A stretch of DNA of 64,000 bases, from the IMG/VR virus record IMGVR_UViG_3300002461_000311, positions 1 to 64,000 of that record. The stretch is one strand, 5' to 3'. Under the pieces are notes generated by a model, which was given only the letters and a program-made list of their open reading frames with translations, had not been told where the DNA came from and did no database searches. This DNA is from a virus. The translations under genes and the position numbers were made by a program. Of this stretch, positions 50,311 to 60,428 are shown one piece after another. Each line of letters opens with the position of its first letter. Position 1 is the first letter of the stretch.

Positions 50311-51503
50311 GCAGCCACCCTCCGCGGTTCGGTGTCACGTTTCGCAGCGCGCTTGATCGGCGCCAGGCCAGCGCCCTCCTCGAGCTTCTTCACCTTGCGG
50401 GCGAGCGCCTGGAGGCCGGCCATCGTGAGGCCATTCATGGTCACAGGATCGATGGACGTACCGCCGGGGGCCGCCTCCTCGCCGAACACGGCGTTCACGT
50501 CCTGCGCATAGGGGCCGATGTGCTGGCCGCCGTCTGCCGCCCCGTCCTTGTACTTCCAGGACTCGACCGGAATCTCGGTCAGGCCATCAAGGATCAGGTT
50601 GGCGTCGACCGGCTCCTTGTCTTCCTTCTCGTTCTCGTCGGAGAGCCAGGTCGAGATCAGGGCGCTGCCCGCCTTGGAGCCCGCGAACTGCCCGGCAATG
50701 TTGCCCAGCGCACCGAACATGCCGTTGCTCGACTGTTGCGATGCGTTGTAGCCCGCCATCTGATTGGCATACGCCTGGTTCATGATGTTGCCGGCCTGGC
50801 CGATGCCCGAGAGCCCGGCCTGGGTGAAGGGCAGCGAGCTTGCCGCACCGCGAATGCCGGAGTCCGCTACCCCGAGCTGGTTCTGCACGGCCGAGTTGCC
50901 CGCGGTGAGCCCCACTTGCGTGGAGGAGACCTGGTTCGCCGGCAGGTTGCGACCGAGCTGGGCGGCGTTGAGCTTGCGCGCCACGCCCGCGTCCTGCACC
51001 GCGCGTCGCGCATTGTTCATCGCCGCCGACTCATCGGCCGCGCTCACGAGCCCCATCTTGTAGTCTTGCCGCGAGATCTCGTCCGCGCTGACGGGGCCGA
51101 AGCGTCCGGCCGTGCGCGCCCCCGACTGGCGTTGGCGATCGTAGGCGCCGCGCACTTCGGAGCCCGCGCGCTGCGCCTCGGCCTCCTGGCGCTGCGGACT
51201 GTCGTACTCCTGCGCGTCCTTGACGATGTCACGCTCCAGGGGGCGGAACGTGTCGAACATATACTGGGTATAGTTGTCGGCGAGCGCCTCGTTCTTTCGA
51301 GACGACTCAATCTGCTGCTCGATGACAGGAGCAAGGAGCCTCCGATCGCCCAGCTCGCGCTGCTTCTGGTACTCGAGCTGCTCGCGCCCGAGCTGAACCT
51401 GCTCGAGGCCGACTCGCTCGGACGCCTGTGCCACGGGGCCGTAGTCCGGCGGCGGCGGCGCCTTGCTGCCCCCGCCGAAAATCGCGTCAACCAGTCCGCC
51501 CAT
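50307..51503 (-). CDS. virion protein with C-terminal S74-type intramolecular chaperone-like domain
   Basis: C-terminus LSDENEKEDKEPVD...IPVESWKYKDG...HIGPYAQDV...TMNGLTMAGLQALARKVKKLE resembles the endosialidase chaperone domain. Confidence 0.65.
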   Translation of the reverse strand: MGGLVDAIFGGGSKAPPPPDYGPVAQASERVGLEQVQLGREQLEYQKQRELGDRRLLAPVIEQQIESSRKNEALADNYTQYMFDTFRPLERDIVKDAQEYDSPQRQEAEAQRAGSEVRGAYDRQRQSGARTAGRFGPVSADEISRQDYKMGLVSAADESAAMNNARRAVQDAGVARKLNAAQLGRNLPANQVSSTQVGLTAGNSAVQNQLGVADSGIRGAASSLPFTQAGLSGIGQAGNIMNQAYANQMAGYNASQQSSNGMFGALGNIAGQFAGSKAGSALISTWLSDENEKEDKEPVDANLILDGLTEIPVESWKYKDGAADGGQHIGPYAQDVNAVFGEEAAPGGTSIDPVTMNGLTMAGLQALARKVKKLEEGAGLAPIKRAAKRDTEPRRVAA

Positions 51504-51930
51504 GCTCTCGTCTCCTTGAAAACCACATCAGCTCACGTCGTACGCGGTAGACGCGCACATTTTCATCCTGGCGCTTGAGGACCGCGCCACACCTCACGAC
51601 GAAGTAGCGCGCTGCGTCGTCGTGCGCGTCGACCCAAGCCTCGAGTTCCCCGCCGTTCTTGAGCGCGTCGCGCAAAACCCGCTCCAAGTCACGCAGCCAG
51701 CGCCCCTTCGCCCAGGGATGAATGGCCACGTGAATGCGCCCCTGCCCCAATGCGATCACGCCCGCCACGCCGCCATCGAGCACCACGGCATGCAGCCAGA
51801 AGCGGCTCTTCGCCCAGGCGATGAACTGCTCGCGCGTCCACCCATGCTTGTCGGCGATCAGCTTCGCCTCGCGCGAGTGCAGGTCGAACCACAGCCCCGC
51901 AAGAGCATCTCTTTCTGCCGCGGCAAGCAT
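51487..51930 (-). CDS. hypothetical protein (147 aa), possibly GNAT-like
   Basis: ORF in the operon; the acetyltransferase resemblance is weak. Confidence 0.5.
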   Translation of the reverse strand: MLAAAERDALAGLWFDLHSREAKLIADKHGWTREQFIAWAKSRFWLHAVVLDGGVAGVIALGQGRIHVAIHPWAKGRWLRDLERVLRDALKNGGELEAWVDAHDDAARYFVVRCGAVLKRQDENVRVYRVRRELMWFSRRREHGRTG

Positions 51931-52127
51931 CAGTCTTGCAGCGTCGCGATGATCTCGTTGATCTTGGCAGCGATCTCGGCCGTGCTCGCCGTTGAGGCGA
52001 GGGGCGAGATGCGCCCGCCCAGTCGGCCGGTGATGGCCTTGAGCTGCTGGCGCACAGCGGCGTCGAACGCCTGACGATTGTGCAAGCTGGCCGTCGCCGG
52101 CACGCTCGGGATCTCGAGCTTCTTCAT
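51930..52127 (-). CDS. small virion-module protein (65 aa)
   Basis: Internal ATG with ATGA overlap to the upstream stop; the longer ORF N-terminus is shadow. Confidence 0.5.
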   Translation of the reverse strand: MKKLEIPSVPATASLHNRQAFDAAVRQQLKAITGRLGGRISPLASTASTAEIAAKINEIIATLQD

Positions 52128-54139
52128 GCCGCGGCGAGCCCCTTCATCGTCTCGGCCACCGTGATGCTGCGCACGATCACGTTCGCGCTCACCCGGATGG
52201 CAAAGTTGTCGGCCTTGTACCCGGCCGGCAGGCGAAACGCCTTCTGCGACTTCACCTGGGTGGTGAACTTCGCCTCGTTGTCCGCGTAGAGCGTGAATCC
52301 GATGTAGTCGAACACCAGCGGCGGCGGCGTCTGGATGGCGTCCCCAGCCAAGGCGTGCGCGCACAAGGCGGAAGCCCCCAGCGCGCCACCGGAGTTGCCG
52401 CCCGAGATGAGCGCCGCGTTCAACGCCACGACCGCGTCATACGCCGCCTGAGCCGCGGCCTTCTCCTCGCTTGTCATGGCCGAATCGAAGTCGATCTTGG
52501 CTGCGCCCAAGTTGATGGGTGTTGGCAGCTTGTACTCCTTCGACAGCCAGTCGCTCACGTAGCGCATGCCGATGTCGGCGTCCCACTGGTAGATCGTCTG
52601 GCCGAGGGCGAGGTACAGCTCGCCGTTTCGAGGATCGGCGTACATCGCCGAGGGCGCGGCCGAGGCGATCGACAACTGCGCCCGCTCGGCGAAGTCGAAG
52701 GTCAGCATCTGGGTCTCGGAGTTCAGCGGCGTGAACGCCACGTAGTAGCGGCCCTGGTGCGTGGCTGCGAACATGCTCGTCGGGTTGAGCGGACTCCACT
52801 CGTCTTTGGTGTAGAGCAGACGCGCCGGGCGCTGCGGCCCGGAGGCGGTCAGCAAGACCGGGCCACTGGCGCCGACGTACGCCGTGCCCACGCCCACCCC
52901 GCGCACCGAGCGCTTGGACAGGCAATGCATGTCCTCGACCTCGAAGCGCTCCATCGAGATCGACGAAGGGTCGGCCACGGTGGCCACGTAGGGAAAGCCC
53001 TCGGTGGCGACCCCGATGTTGGTGCCGAATGCGCCGATGCCGACAATCTGAAAGTCGCACGTCTTGCTGTTGTCCGCCGGCCAGGCGTGCGGCTGGAGCG
53101 GCTCCGACACCCGGATGACGTTGCCATCGAAGCCTGCCAAGCTGCCGTTGGCGAGCACGCACAGTCCGCGCATGCCGACCGGCGGCATCTCGTAGTCGGC
53201 CGACACCAGCGACCCCGTGGGCACGGTGTTGCCCGCGACGTTCGTGCTCGTCGTGGCCACCGGCACGTTGGCCACCAGCTCATAGGCGCCCGTCGTCGCG
53301 TTGCTCCAGTAGACGTTCTTCGTCATTCCGGAGACGTTGTGCGGCGCTAAGCGCGTCGCCGTGCCGGTCTGATCGGTGATCGTGCCCGGGTCGTCCATGG
53401 CGATCGTGATCGTCGTCGATCCAGCCACCGATCGCACGGGCCAGGTCGCGTTGAGCGATGTCGGCGCCAGGCCGGTGATCGCAATGTTCTCGCCCTTGCG
53501 CAGGCCGAAGTTCGTGCTGACCGTGAGGGTCAGTACCCCGCCCAGCCAGGAGGCGGCCGAGATGGTGTAGCTATTCGGTGGCGCGGCGTCCATGCTGGCC
53601 ACCGTCCAGGTGCCATCCGTTCTGCCGGCGGTCGAAGTCGAGGGCGGCGAGGGTTGCGACTCTTCGCCGTACTGCGTGACGAAGGTGTAGATGAACGCCC
53701 GGTTGATCACCGAGCCCGACCCGCCGCCGTGACTCACCGAAGGGGCGGTGATCGGGCGCGTCACGCCGAGCACGAAGAAGTTCTTCGGGTAGTCGTTGCC
53801 CAAGCCCGAGATCGCCTGCGCCAACACGGTCATGCGAGGTTCGCCGTCGCCCGTGTAGTAGACGCGCTGGAGCACGTCGCCGGCCACCGGCCCGCGCACG
53901 GCGTCGACATCGTCGCTCCAGGTGAGCCAATACTCGCCGCCCGCATCCTCGAGGCGCATCATCGTCTTGATGTCGCCAGGCTTGGTCACCGACTTGATCT
54001 GGAGCGGGCGGCGCAGCGCCACGATGTCGCCCGTGGTGAGCTTCACGTTGACCGCGCTCTGGGCGAAGTGGTCCTGAATGAGGTGCCGGGCCGTGCGAGG
54101 AACCATGCCGCCCATGGCGGTGATGCGAGCCGCAAACAT
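52124..54139 (-). CDS. tail tubular-B / nozzle-like protein (671 aa)
   Basis: Size, position and the FIYTFVTQYGEESQPSPPS motif are typical of podoviral nozzle proteins (from memory). Confidence 0.55.
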   Translation of the reverse strand: MFAARITAMGGMVPRTARHLIQDHFAQSAVNVKLTTGDIVALRRPLQIKSVTKPGDIKTMMRLEDAGGEYWLTWSDDVDAVRGPVAGDVLQRVYYTGDGEPRMTVLAQAISGLGNDYPKNFFVLGVTRPITAPSVSHGGGSGSVINRAFIYTFVTQYGEESQPSPPSTSTAGRTDGTWTVASMDAAPPNSYTISAASWLGGVLTLTVSTNFGLRKGENIAITGLAPTSLNATWPVRSVAGSTTITIAMDDPGTITDQTGTATRLAPHNVSGMTKNVYWSNATTGAYELVANVPVATTSTNVAGNTVPTGSLVSADYEMPPVGMRGLCVLANGSLAGFDGNVIRVSEPLQPHAWPADNSKTCDFQIVGIGAFGTNIGVATEGFPYVATVADPSSISMERFEVEDMHCLSKRSVRGVGVGTAYVGASGPVLLTASGPQRPARLLYTKDEWSPLNPTSMFAATHQGRYYVAFTPLNSETQMLTFDFAERAQLSIASAAPSAMYADPRNGELYLALGQTIYQWDADIGMRYVSDWLSKEYKLPTPINLGAAKIDFDSAMTSEEKAAAQAAYDAVVALNAALISGGNSGGALGASALCAHALAGDAIQTPPPLVFDYIGFTLYADNEAKFTTQVKSQKAFRLPAGYKADNFAIRVSANVIVRSITVAETMKGLAAA

Positions 54140-54468
54140 CAGCGACGCCCGCTCGATCTCACGTCGACGGCCTTCATCTCCTCGACCATTCGTTGCTGCG
54201 AGACGCCGGCCACCTGGGCCACGGCCGCCACCAGGCGCTGCAACATCGGGTCGCGCGAAAGACGCTCGTCCACCTCGTCGACCGCGGACACGACCGTGCC
54301 CGGATTGTGCGCGGCGATCACGGCCTCGATCGCTGCGCGCTGCGCTGGGGGGCAGTCTTCCAGGAAGCGCACGCCCTCGCGGGTCCAGGCACAGCGCGCG
54401 TTCTCGATGCCTGCGCGCCGAAGTTCGAGCCCGAAGGTCTCGCCGATGGGTGTCATGATCCAGCTCAT
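54139..54468 (-). CDS. hypothetical tail-module protein (109 aa)
   Basis: Coupled ORF. Confidence 0.6.
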   Translation of the reverse strand: MSWIMTPIGETFGLELRRAGIENARCAWTREGVRFLEDCPPAQRAAIEAVIAAHNPGTVVSAVDEVDERLSRDPMLQRLVAAVAQVAGVSQQRMVEEMKAVDVRSSGRR

Positions 54469-55964
54469 AACCCGCTGCCTCCCGTTTGATAGGACAGCCC
54501 GCAGTAGCCGCTCAACACCGTGGGGTTGGTCCCACCGATGTGACCGGTCAGCAGCGTGACGTAGTTGAAGCCATCGACCGCCGCATGAAACGCATTGTGC
54601 GCGACTTGGTTGGTGTAGCCCTCGCCGTGAGGTGACGAGCCGATGCCAACGATGCCCGATGGGGATGACGTGCTATTGAGCCCAATGCCCGCGTAGATCG
54701 TGGCCGTGCCGGCGGTCGCCTCGAGACCTGCCGTGGTTCCCGTGACATAGACGGCCTCGCCCGCCCAAAGCAGCATCCGGCATTGCAGCGCAGCCGTCAG
54801 CTCACCCCAAGGAGCGTAGCCCAAGATCAAGTCAGCACCACCGAGAACCATGCGCCCAGCAATGCCGCGATCGTTGTAGAACGAGCGCACGTACCGGAAC
54901 CCGTTCTCGTCAGCGAACTGGGTAGACGGGTTCATGTATACCTGACCCACCAGCACCGCGCCTGAGTCGGTGTTGTGGATGACATTGCCGTAATTGCTAT
55001 CTCGAACGTGCATGCCAGCGCTCAGCCTGAGCACGACGGCGCTGCCATTCCACTCGGCGTAAACGTAGTAGCGCGTGCCGACCACAGGTGAGCCGCCCTC
55101 CTTGAGCGCGGCTGAGTTGCTCACCGTCACCCCGGCGTGCGGGATCTCGCGCCACGAGCCGGCGATGAAGATGTGCCGGCCGCCGCGGCGCACCAGGGCA
55201 ATGGACGTGGCGCCCACAAAGACCAGCTCGCACTGGCCGAATTGGTTGGCGAAGCTCCCGGCGGCGAGAGCGGTCTGCAACGACGGTTGATGCAATACCG
55301 CTCGCCATTCGGCGTTCGAGTCGTGCTCCTTGCGGAACACGAAGACGTCCCCGTCGCCGATCACCAGGTTCGCCGCGCCCGGCAGAATCAGGTTCGTCGC
55401 GTTGTGCGTGAGGCTCAGCGACCCGCCCGTGATAGAGAAGCGCAACGTCATCTGCGTGCCGGCAGGCAGACTCGCGCCGCCCAGGCTCGCGATGGCCGTC
55501 GTCCCCGCGCCGTGCGTGATCGTCAGGTAGTTGCCTGTCGCGGCGCCCAGATCGATGCTCGAGGCCGAGGCGATGCTGCTGCCCCGGTCTTCTCGCAGCA
55601 CACCCACCACGCCGAGTCCATCGGTGAAGACGGGGTTCTCGCCCTTCTGCGCCATGCCCTCCATGGACGATCGCGTCAGCCGCATCTCGAAGAGCGCGCC
55701 GGCCGACCAGGTCAGCGCGGTGGTGCCCTGCTGGCCGCGGGCGATCGTCAATGACGACGAGGAGACCGCGTGCGCCGTGATCCTGACGATCTCGTGGTTG
55801 CCCAGGACATCGCGCAGCACACCCCACGCCCAGTCGGGCGCGGTGACCGTGGCGAACTCTGGGGCGTCCGGCGCCTGGATCGTGATCGTCACGTCCCCGG
55901 GCGCGATCCCCGAGGCCAGCGTGGAGATCGCGAGATTGCTGAACTTCTCTTGTGGCATGGTCAT
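54465..55964 (-). CDS. tail fibre / receptor-binding-like protein (499 aa)
   Basis: Gly/Ser/Thr/Ala-rich beta-type composition within the tail module. Confidence 0.6.
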   Translation of the reverse strand: MTMPQEKFSNLAISTLASGIAPGDVTITIQAPDAPEFATVTAPDWAWGVLRDVLGNHEIVRITAHAVSSSSLTIARGQQGTTALTWSAGALFEMRLTRSSMEGMAQKGENPVFTDGLGVVGVLREDRGSSIASASSIDLGAATGNYLTITHGAGTTAIASLGGASLPAGTQMTLRFSITGGSLSLTHNATNLILPGAANLVIGDGDVFVFRKEHDSNAEWRAVLHQPSLQTALAAGSFANQFGQCELVFVGATSIALVRRGGRHIFIAGSWREIPHAGVTVSNSAALKEGGSPVVGTRYYVYAEWNGSAVVLRLSAGMHVRDSNYGNVIHNTDSGAVLVGQVYMNPSTQFADENGFRYVRSFYNDRGIAGRMVLGGADLILGYAPWGELTAALQCRMLLWAGEAVYVTGTTAGLEATAGTATIYAGIGLNSTSSPSGIVGIGSSPHGEGYTNQVAHNAFHAAVDGFNYVTLLTGHIGGTNPTVLSGYCGLSYQTGGSGL

Positions 55965-56605
55965 TCAATCCCGTGGCTGGTTCGGGTGCGCAGGGGCTTG
56001 CGGGTGAACGCCTTGGCAAGCGCCCCGCTCGCGCGCCCCGCGCCCATGAAGAACTCGCGCATGTGGTAGGTGGCGAGGTCCAGGTTCGTGTAGGTCTTCT
56101 TGGGCGAGATCATCGCTTGCCACTTCGCCCCGTGAGCGATCGTGGCGCGGTACTGCCGCCAGATGATGTCGTCCACCCCGGTGGCGTCGCCCGCCGGCTT
56201 GACCGCGACCTTCAGCACGAGCCCGCCCGTGAGGCTCGCCTGCGGCACCAGCACGAGCCGGATGGTCTCGGCGTCGTCCTGGGTGTAGTAGCTCACGTCG
56301 CCCTGCTCCGTGCGCCAGTCCGCGCGCCAGGCATCCAGCTCAGCCGGCGCGCCGGGCACGATCTCGCGGCCAGCGTACTCAGCGCGCGTGACGACGACCG
56401 GGTCCAGACCCGCGCCTGGTACCAGGGCGTAGCTCGGGGTGGCCGCCACCACATTGATGGCTGGGTGATCCACGACCCACACGCGCGAGTGCTCGCAGAA
56501 CATGATGGCCGCCTCGCGGATGTAGTGATCCGCAGCCGCACCCGCCGGGAGCCCGGGCAGATCCGGGAGCACCCAGTCGTAGAAGTCCGACCAGAGCTTG
56601 CTCAT
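55961..56605 (-). CDS. virion structural protein (adaptor / tail tubular-A candidate, 214 aa)
   Basis: Position between the head-completion and tail genes. Confidence 0.5.
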   Translation of the reverse strand: MSKLWSDFYDWVLPDLPGLPAGAAADHYIREAAIMFCEHSRVWVVDHPAINVVAATPSYALVPGAGLDPVVVTRAEYAGREIVPGAPAELDAWRADWRTEQGDVSYYTQDDAETIRLVLVPQASLTGGLVLKVAVKPAGDATGVDDIIWRQYRATIAHGAKWQAMISPKKTYTNLDLATYHMREFFMGAGRASGALAKAFTRKPLRTRTSHGIE

Positions 56606-56931
56606 GCGGGCACGACTCCACCGAAGGCGTTCATGTAGGCCGCAGCCCGACCGCTGTTGACGTGCTCATCGTCCTTGCCCTCGCAGCGCGCCGTCGCGTA
56701 GTCAGCAATCACCTGGACGTAGGCGTCCGGTAGGGGGAAGGGCGAGCCCGCCGTCATCGCCAACGAAGGCGGCGAGTCGAGCTGGCCGATGAACAGATCC
56801 GGGCGCCCGCGATAGGCGCCCAGCAGCCCGTGGACCACGTGGCGAAGAATGGTGGCGTCCGGGTAGCGCGTGGCGGCGTCGTCGTTGAGCGGCTCGCGCG
56901 CCAGGTCGATCACGTCCTGGAGGGTCGCCAT
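56602..56931 (-). CDS. head-tail connector-like protein (109 aa)
   Basis: Position and size only. Confidence 0.5.
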   Translation of the reverse strand: MATLQDVIDLAREPLNDDAATRYPDATILRHVVHGLLGAYRGRPDLFIGQLDSPPSLAMTAGSPFPLPDAYVQVIADYATARCEGKDDEHVNSGRAAAYMNAFGGVVPA

Positions 56932-56934
56932 CGC

Positions 56935-57312
56935 TTAGAACGCGCCCATCAGTTGCACCACCCGGCGCTGCATCTGCGGCAGGGTGATGTCAGGGGCGAA
57001 GCGCTCGTTGAAGTTCATCAACGCATAGCGCTCGAGCGCATCGCGCGAGAGGTTGTCGACGCGGATGGCCGGCGGCGTCTCGTCGAGCGGACGGCGAATG
57101 TACGCCGGCACCTTGGGCGCAGGCACCAACGGGTCCTTGCGCTTGGCCTTGGCCGGGCGCGCGTCCTGCCAGGTGTCGTCGTAGCGCACGAGCTGCTCGG
57201 CCAGCTCCCAGGGGACCTGCCTGACTTCGCCCGTGCTCCACCAGCCCGAGCCGCAGTTGCTGTCTTCGTAGCGCTCGCTCGGGCCGATGTATTGGATTGG
57301 AATAATCTTCAA
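56935..57312 (-). CDS. hypothetical structural protein (125 aa, TTG start)
   Basis: Only the C-terminal part of the 316-aa ORF is protein-like. GAGGAA RBS before the TTG at 57312. Confidence 0.45.
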   Translation of the reverse strand: MKIIPIQYIGPSERYEDSNCGSGWWSTGEVRQVPWELAEQLVRYDDTWQDARPAKAKRKDPLVPAPKVPAYIRRPLDETPPAIRVDNLSRDALERYALMNFNERFAPDITLPQMQRRVVQLMGAF

Positions 57313-57371
57313 TGGGGATTCCTCGGTGAAGCCGCCCCGAAGGGCGGCTGTGCTGCAACTCAGGCGCCGAG

Positions 57372-57824
57372 TTACCGGACGCCGACTGCCCGACCCAGGA
57401 CGTTCACCGACAGCAGACCCGTAGCCGGCGTGGTGACCGCGCTGTTGATCAGGATGTCGAGGAAGACGTCGAACTCGAGCTTCAGGGGTTGGAAGCGCAT
57501 CAACCATGCGCCGTTCTGGATCGCCGCGAACGGCGCCGTCAGCGTTGCCCCACCGCTGAAGTAGTTGTTGTTGGCCGCCGGGCCGTCCGCGGCGTTGACC
57601 GGAGTGAATCCGAACACCGCGTTGCCGCCCGAGGCGCACAGCGCCGGGCAGGCATAGCCGATGGCGAGCACTTCGAGTCCCGCCTGGAGGATGCCCATGC
57701 GGAAGATGTCGGCGTTCGCCCAGGTGTTCGGGACGTTCAAACTGAACCCGATGCCGATGAGATCGCCATAGGCGCTCATGTGGCGCTGACGGCTCATGAG
57801 GTCTGCTGCGTTGAAGGTAGGCAT
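57372..57824 (-). CDS. capsid-associated protein (decoration candidate, 150 aa)
   Basis: Immediately downstream of the major capsid gene. Confidence 0.6.
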   Translation of the reverse strand: MPTFNAADLMSRQRHMSAYGDLIGIGFSLNVPNTWANADIFRMGILQAGLEVLAIGYACPALCASGGNAVFGFTPVNAADGPAANNNYFSGGATLTAPFAAIQNGAWLMRFQPLKLEFDVFLDILINSAVTTPATGLLSVNVLGRAVGVR

Positions 57825-57861
57825 TGCTGTTTCCTTTTCGTGAGAAGTGGGTGCGCGAGCA

Positions 57862-57877
57862 GGCGGCCGAAGCCGCC
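57862..57877 (-). promoter_or_regulatory. GGCGGC-UUCG-GCCGCC hairpin just after the major capsid stop
   Basis: Direct reading; no U-tract. Confidence 0.3.
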
Positions 57878-57885
57878 CAGCTCAC

Positions 57886-59181
57886 TTAGCCGACAGTGAC
57901 GTCCAGCGCCATGACGCCCAGGTCGGTCGGCTCGTTGTTGCCCGCCCCGTCCGCGACGTTGAAGCGCACCTTGGTCTTGCCGTTCATGCACTCGCCCATG
58001 GCCTCGTAGTTGCGGTCCCAGTTGTAGGTCCGCTCCTTGAAGGTCGTGTAGTAGTCGGTCGCGGCGTTGCGGCCGTACACGTTGGCAAGCGCCTGAGCGC
58101 CCAGGAGCAGGCAGCGCTCCACCACGCGGCTGGTGTTGACCGTCGCGCCGGTTTCGGTACCGGCATAACGGTTGGCGACGGCCACGTAGTTGTAGGCGTT
58201 GTCGCCCGCCTCGAAGCCCGCGACGCTCGCCCCCACGAAGCGGATCGAGCGCGGCATCTTGCGAACGAGAATGCCGTTCCACATCCCCACCTCGCCGCGG
58301 AACAAGGGGTGCTTGCTGCCGTGGCTCGCCCGGTTGAAGGCGTTCTGCTGGAAGCTGCGGATGTTGCCGTTGGCGGTGGTGTCCTGGATCAGGTCCGCAA
58401 ACGCACGCGGCCCCACCAGCAGCATCCACATCGGCTCGTCTTCGGCCGCAGGATCGTCGGGGATCTTGATCTGCTGGAGGCCGAACTCGAGGTCATCGAG
58501 GATCTCGCGCAACTGGTCGATGTGCGAGAGCTTGAGCGTGTCGCCCGAGCCCAGCGAAGCCGTTTGCAGGCCACCCTGAGTCAGGTTCGCGCCGTTGACG
58601 ACGTAGTGCCGGTTGTAGGTCGGCGCCCGCACCGTGTTCACCATGATGCTGGCGAAGTCCGAGTCGGTTGCCTTCGGCACCACCCAATCGATTCCCGCCT
58701 GGGCGCCACGTGCGCCGGCCAGGTGAACCAGCGCCTGCTGGACCTCGAGGCGCGGGAAGTAGCCCATCAGGGTGGCCATGGCCACGCCACGCAGGCTGTG
58801 CTTGGTGCGCTGCTGGGCCATCTTGCCGCCGGCATCGACGACCTTGGTGGTCAGGTCGATCTTGGCGTCCATGCTGGACCAGGTGAGCTTCTCGCCCTTG
58901 CCTTCGGCGTTGACGTCGCCGATCAGGGGCTTGCCGCCGATGATGTTGAACAGATCCATGGAGATGGCATCGCCCTGGGTCTTCGACAGATCGGTGACGC
59001 GCACGACCGGCATGTCGGGGCTGGTCTGCCCCTTGAGCTTCGCTTCGGCGGCGGCCTGCTTCGGTGCCGGGCCGGTCATGTTCTTGAGCAGGGTGTTCGC
59101 GCGCTGGGTGCCCGCGAACATGGCCACGCTGAACTCTTTGACGGTCAGCGAGGAACTGGAAGGAACGGAAGTTTGAGCCAT
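57886..59181 (-). CDS. major capsid protein (N4-gp56/DUF4043-like)
   Basis: 431 aa following the scaffold gene. VVRVTDLSKTQGDAISMDLFNIIGGKPLIGDVNAEGKGEKL matches the family signature as I recall it. Confidence 0.85.
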   Translation of the reverse strand: MAQTSVPSSSSLTVKEFSVAMFAGTQRANTLLKNMTGPAPKQAAAEAKLKGQTSPDMPVVRVTDLSKTQGDAISMDLFNIIGGKPLIGDVNAEGKGEKLTWSSMDAKIDLTTKVVDAGGKMAQQRTKHSLRGVAMATLMGYFPRLEVQQALVHLAGARGAQAGIDWVVPKATDSDFASIMVNTVRAPTYNRHYVVNGANLTQGGLQTASLGSGDTLKLSHIDQLREILDDLEFGLQQIKIPDDPAAEDEPMWMLLVGPRAFADLIQDTTANGNIRSFQQNAFNRASHGSKHPLFRGEVGMWNGILVRKMPRSIRFVGASVAGFEAGDNAYNYVAVANRYAGTETGATVNTSRVVERCLLLGAQALANVYGRNAATDYYTTFKERTYNWDRNYEAMGECMNGKTKVRFNVADGAGNNEPTDLGVMALDVTVG

Positions 59182-59256
59182 TGCTCACTCCTTGAGATAG
59201 ATTGCTGTGAGCCGCCTGGACGGCGGCGCTCAAGGGGGTTGCCGGTGACGGAGGGC

Positions 59257-60315
59257 TTATCCGAACTGCGAGAGGACCTGATCCATGGGGACACCACGGT
59301 CGAGCTGGGCGGCGATCTTCTCCTCCAGCTCATTGACGGTCATGTCCTCGAATCGACGGTCGTCGCGATTCGGCGAGACGCCACCCGGAAGATCCGAAAG
59401 GGTGAAGGACTGATCCTTCTCCTTCGGCGGCTTCACTTCGGCGCGCTCTTTTGCATCACCTGTACCGCTACTGCTTTTGCTGGATGACCCCTGGGGCCGA
59501 TACGTCTCGGGGAGGTCGGTCTTGCCGTATGTCACATGCATCGCCTTCACGACGCGCTCGAATCGATCGTCGACCGACATGCCGCGATTGGCAGGGTCTT
59601 CTCTCAGGAGCTTGTCGATCTGGGCCGCTCGGTTGAACGTCTCCGCGTCCTCGTTCTGCCAGTAGCGCAGGTAGGGGTTGCGGTCGATCGCCTGTTGAAC
59701 GGCATCGGCGGCCGTGTTCACGCGCTCATCGCGGGTGACGGCCACTTCCTGGCTCAGCTCGTTGACCTTGCTCTGGAGAGCGTTGATCGTCTGAGCCATC
59801 GGCTTGAGCAGATCGCGCAGAGCCGGTACCTCTTCGGTCAGCTCTTCGAGCTGAGCGAGCAGATCCTGGGTCGTCTCCCCAGTCTCACGCTTGTCGGCCT
59901 CGGTCTGAGTGCCGGCCTGCGCTCGCCTGAGTTGCTCTTCCAGGGCCTTGGCCCGCTCGGTCGCTTCCTGCGCCACGCGCTCAGCATCGGCGCGTGCTCT
60001 GCGGTCAGCCTCGAGCACTGCATACGGAATGACATGCTTGCCATCCTTGGCCAGCACGCCCTCTGGTCTTTCCTCCTTGGCGCCGGACGTATCGCCTTCG
60101 GTCGGCGTCGTGGTGGTCGTGTCGCCTTCGGGGTTGGGGTTGGAATTGCCCTCGCCCTGAGCGTCATCGCCCTGCCCTTTGCCTGCCGTATCGTCCTGCC
60201 CGTCAACCACACCTTCCGCGCCCAGCACGAGCTTGGCTATCTCGTCCGGATCGGTCGGCATGTCTTCGGGGTTGTGGAGGTAGTCATCCAGTGTTCTTGC
60301 TGTTGCGGTTGTCAT
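59257..60315 (-). CDS. scaffolding protein
   Basis: Acidic coiled-coil 352-aa protein directly upstream of the capsid gene. Confidence 0.75.
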   Translation of the reverse strand: MTTATARTLDDYLHNPEDMPTDPDEIAKLVLGAEGVVDGQDDTAGKGQGDDAQGEGNSNPNPEGDTTTTTPTEGDTSGAKEERPEGVLAKDGKHVIPYAVLEADRRARADAERVAQEATERAKALEEQLRRAQAGTQTEADKRETGETTQDLLAQLEELTEEVPALRDLLKPMAQTINALQSKVNELSQEVAVTRDERVNTAADAVQQAIDRNPYLRYWQNEDAETFNRAAQIDKLLREDPANRGMSVDDRFERVVKAMHVTYGKTDLPETYRPQGSSSKSSSGTGDAKERAEVKPPKEKDQSFTLSDLPGGVSPNRDDRRFEDMTVNELEEKIAAQLDRGVPMDQVLSQFG

Positions 60316-60340
60316 AGTTCCTCTATCGCTCGGAGTGCGG

Positions 60341-60371
60341 AAACAAAAAAGCCCGAGGGGCTCTCGGGCTT
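60341..60371 (-). terminator. intrinsic terminator AGCCCGAG-N5-CTCGGGCT + TTTTTGTTT (minus strand)
   Basis: 8-bp GC stem at 60351-60371 with a T-run at 60350-60341 on the minus strand. Confidence 0.7.
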
Positions 60372-60428
60372 TGGGGTGTCAGAACCTCTGACGTGGCTGC
60401 TGGTATCGCCCAGCAGGGGCGTAAGCTG

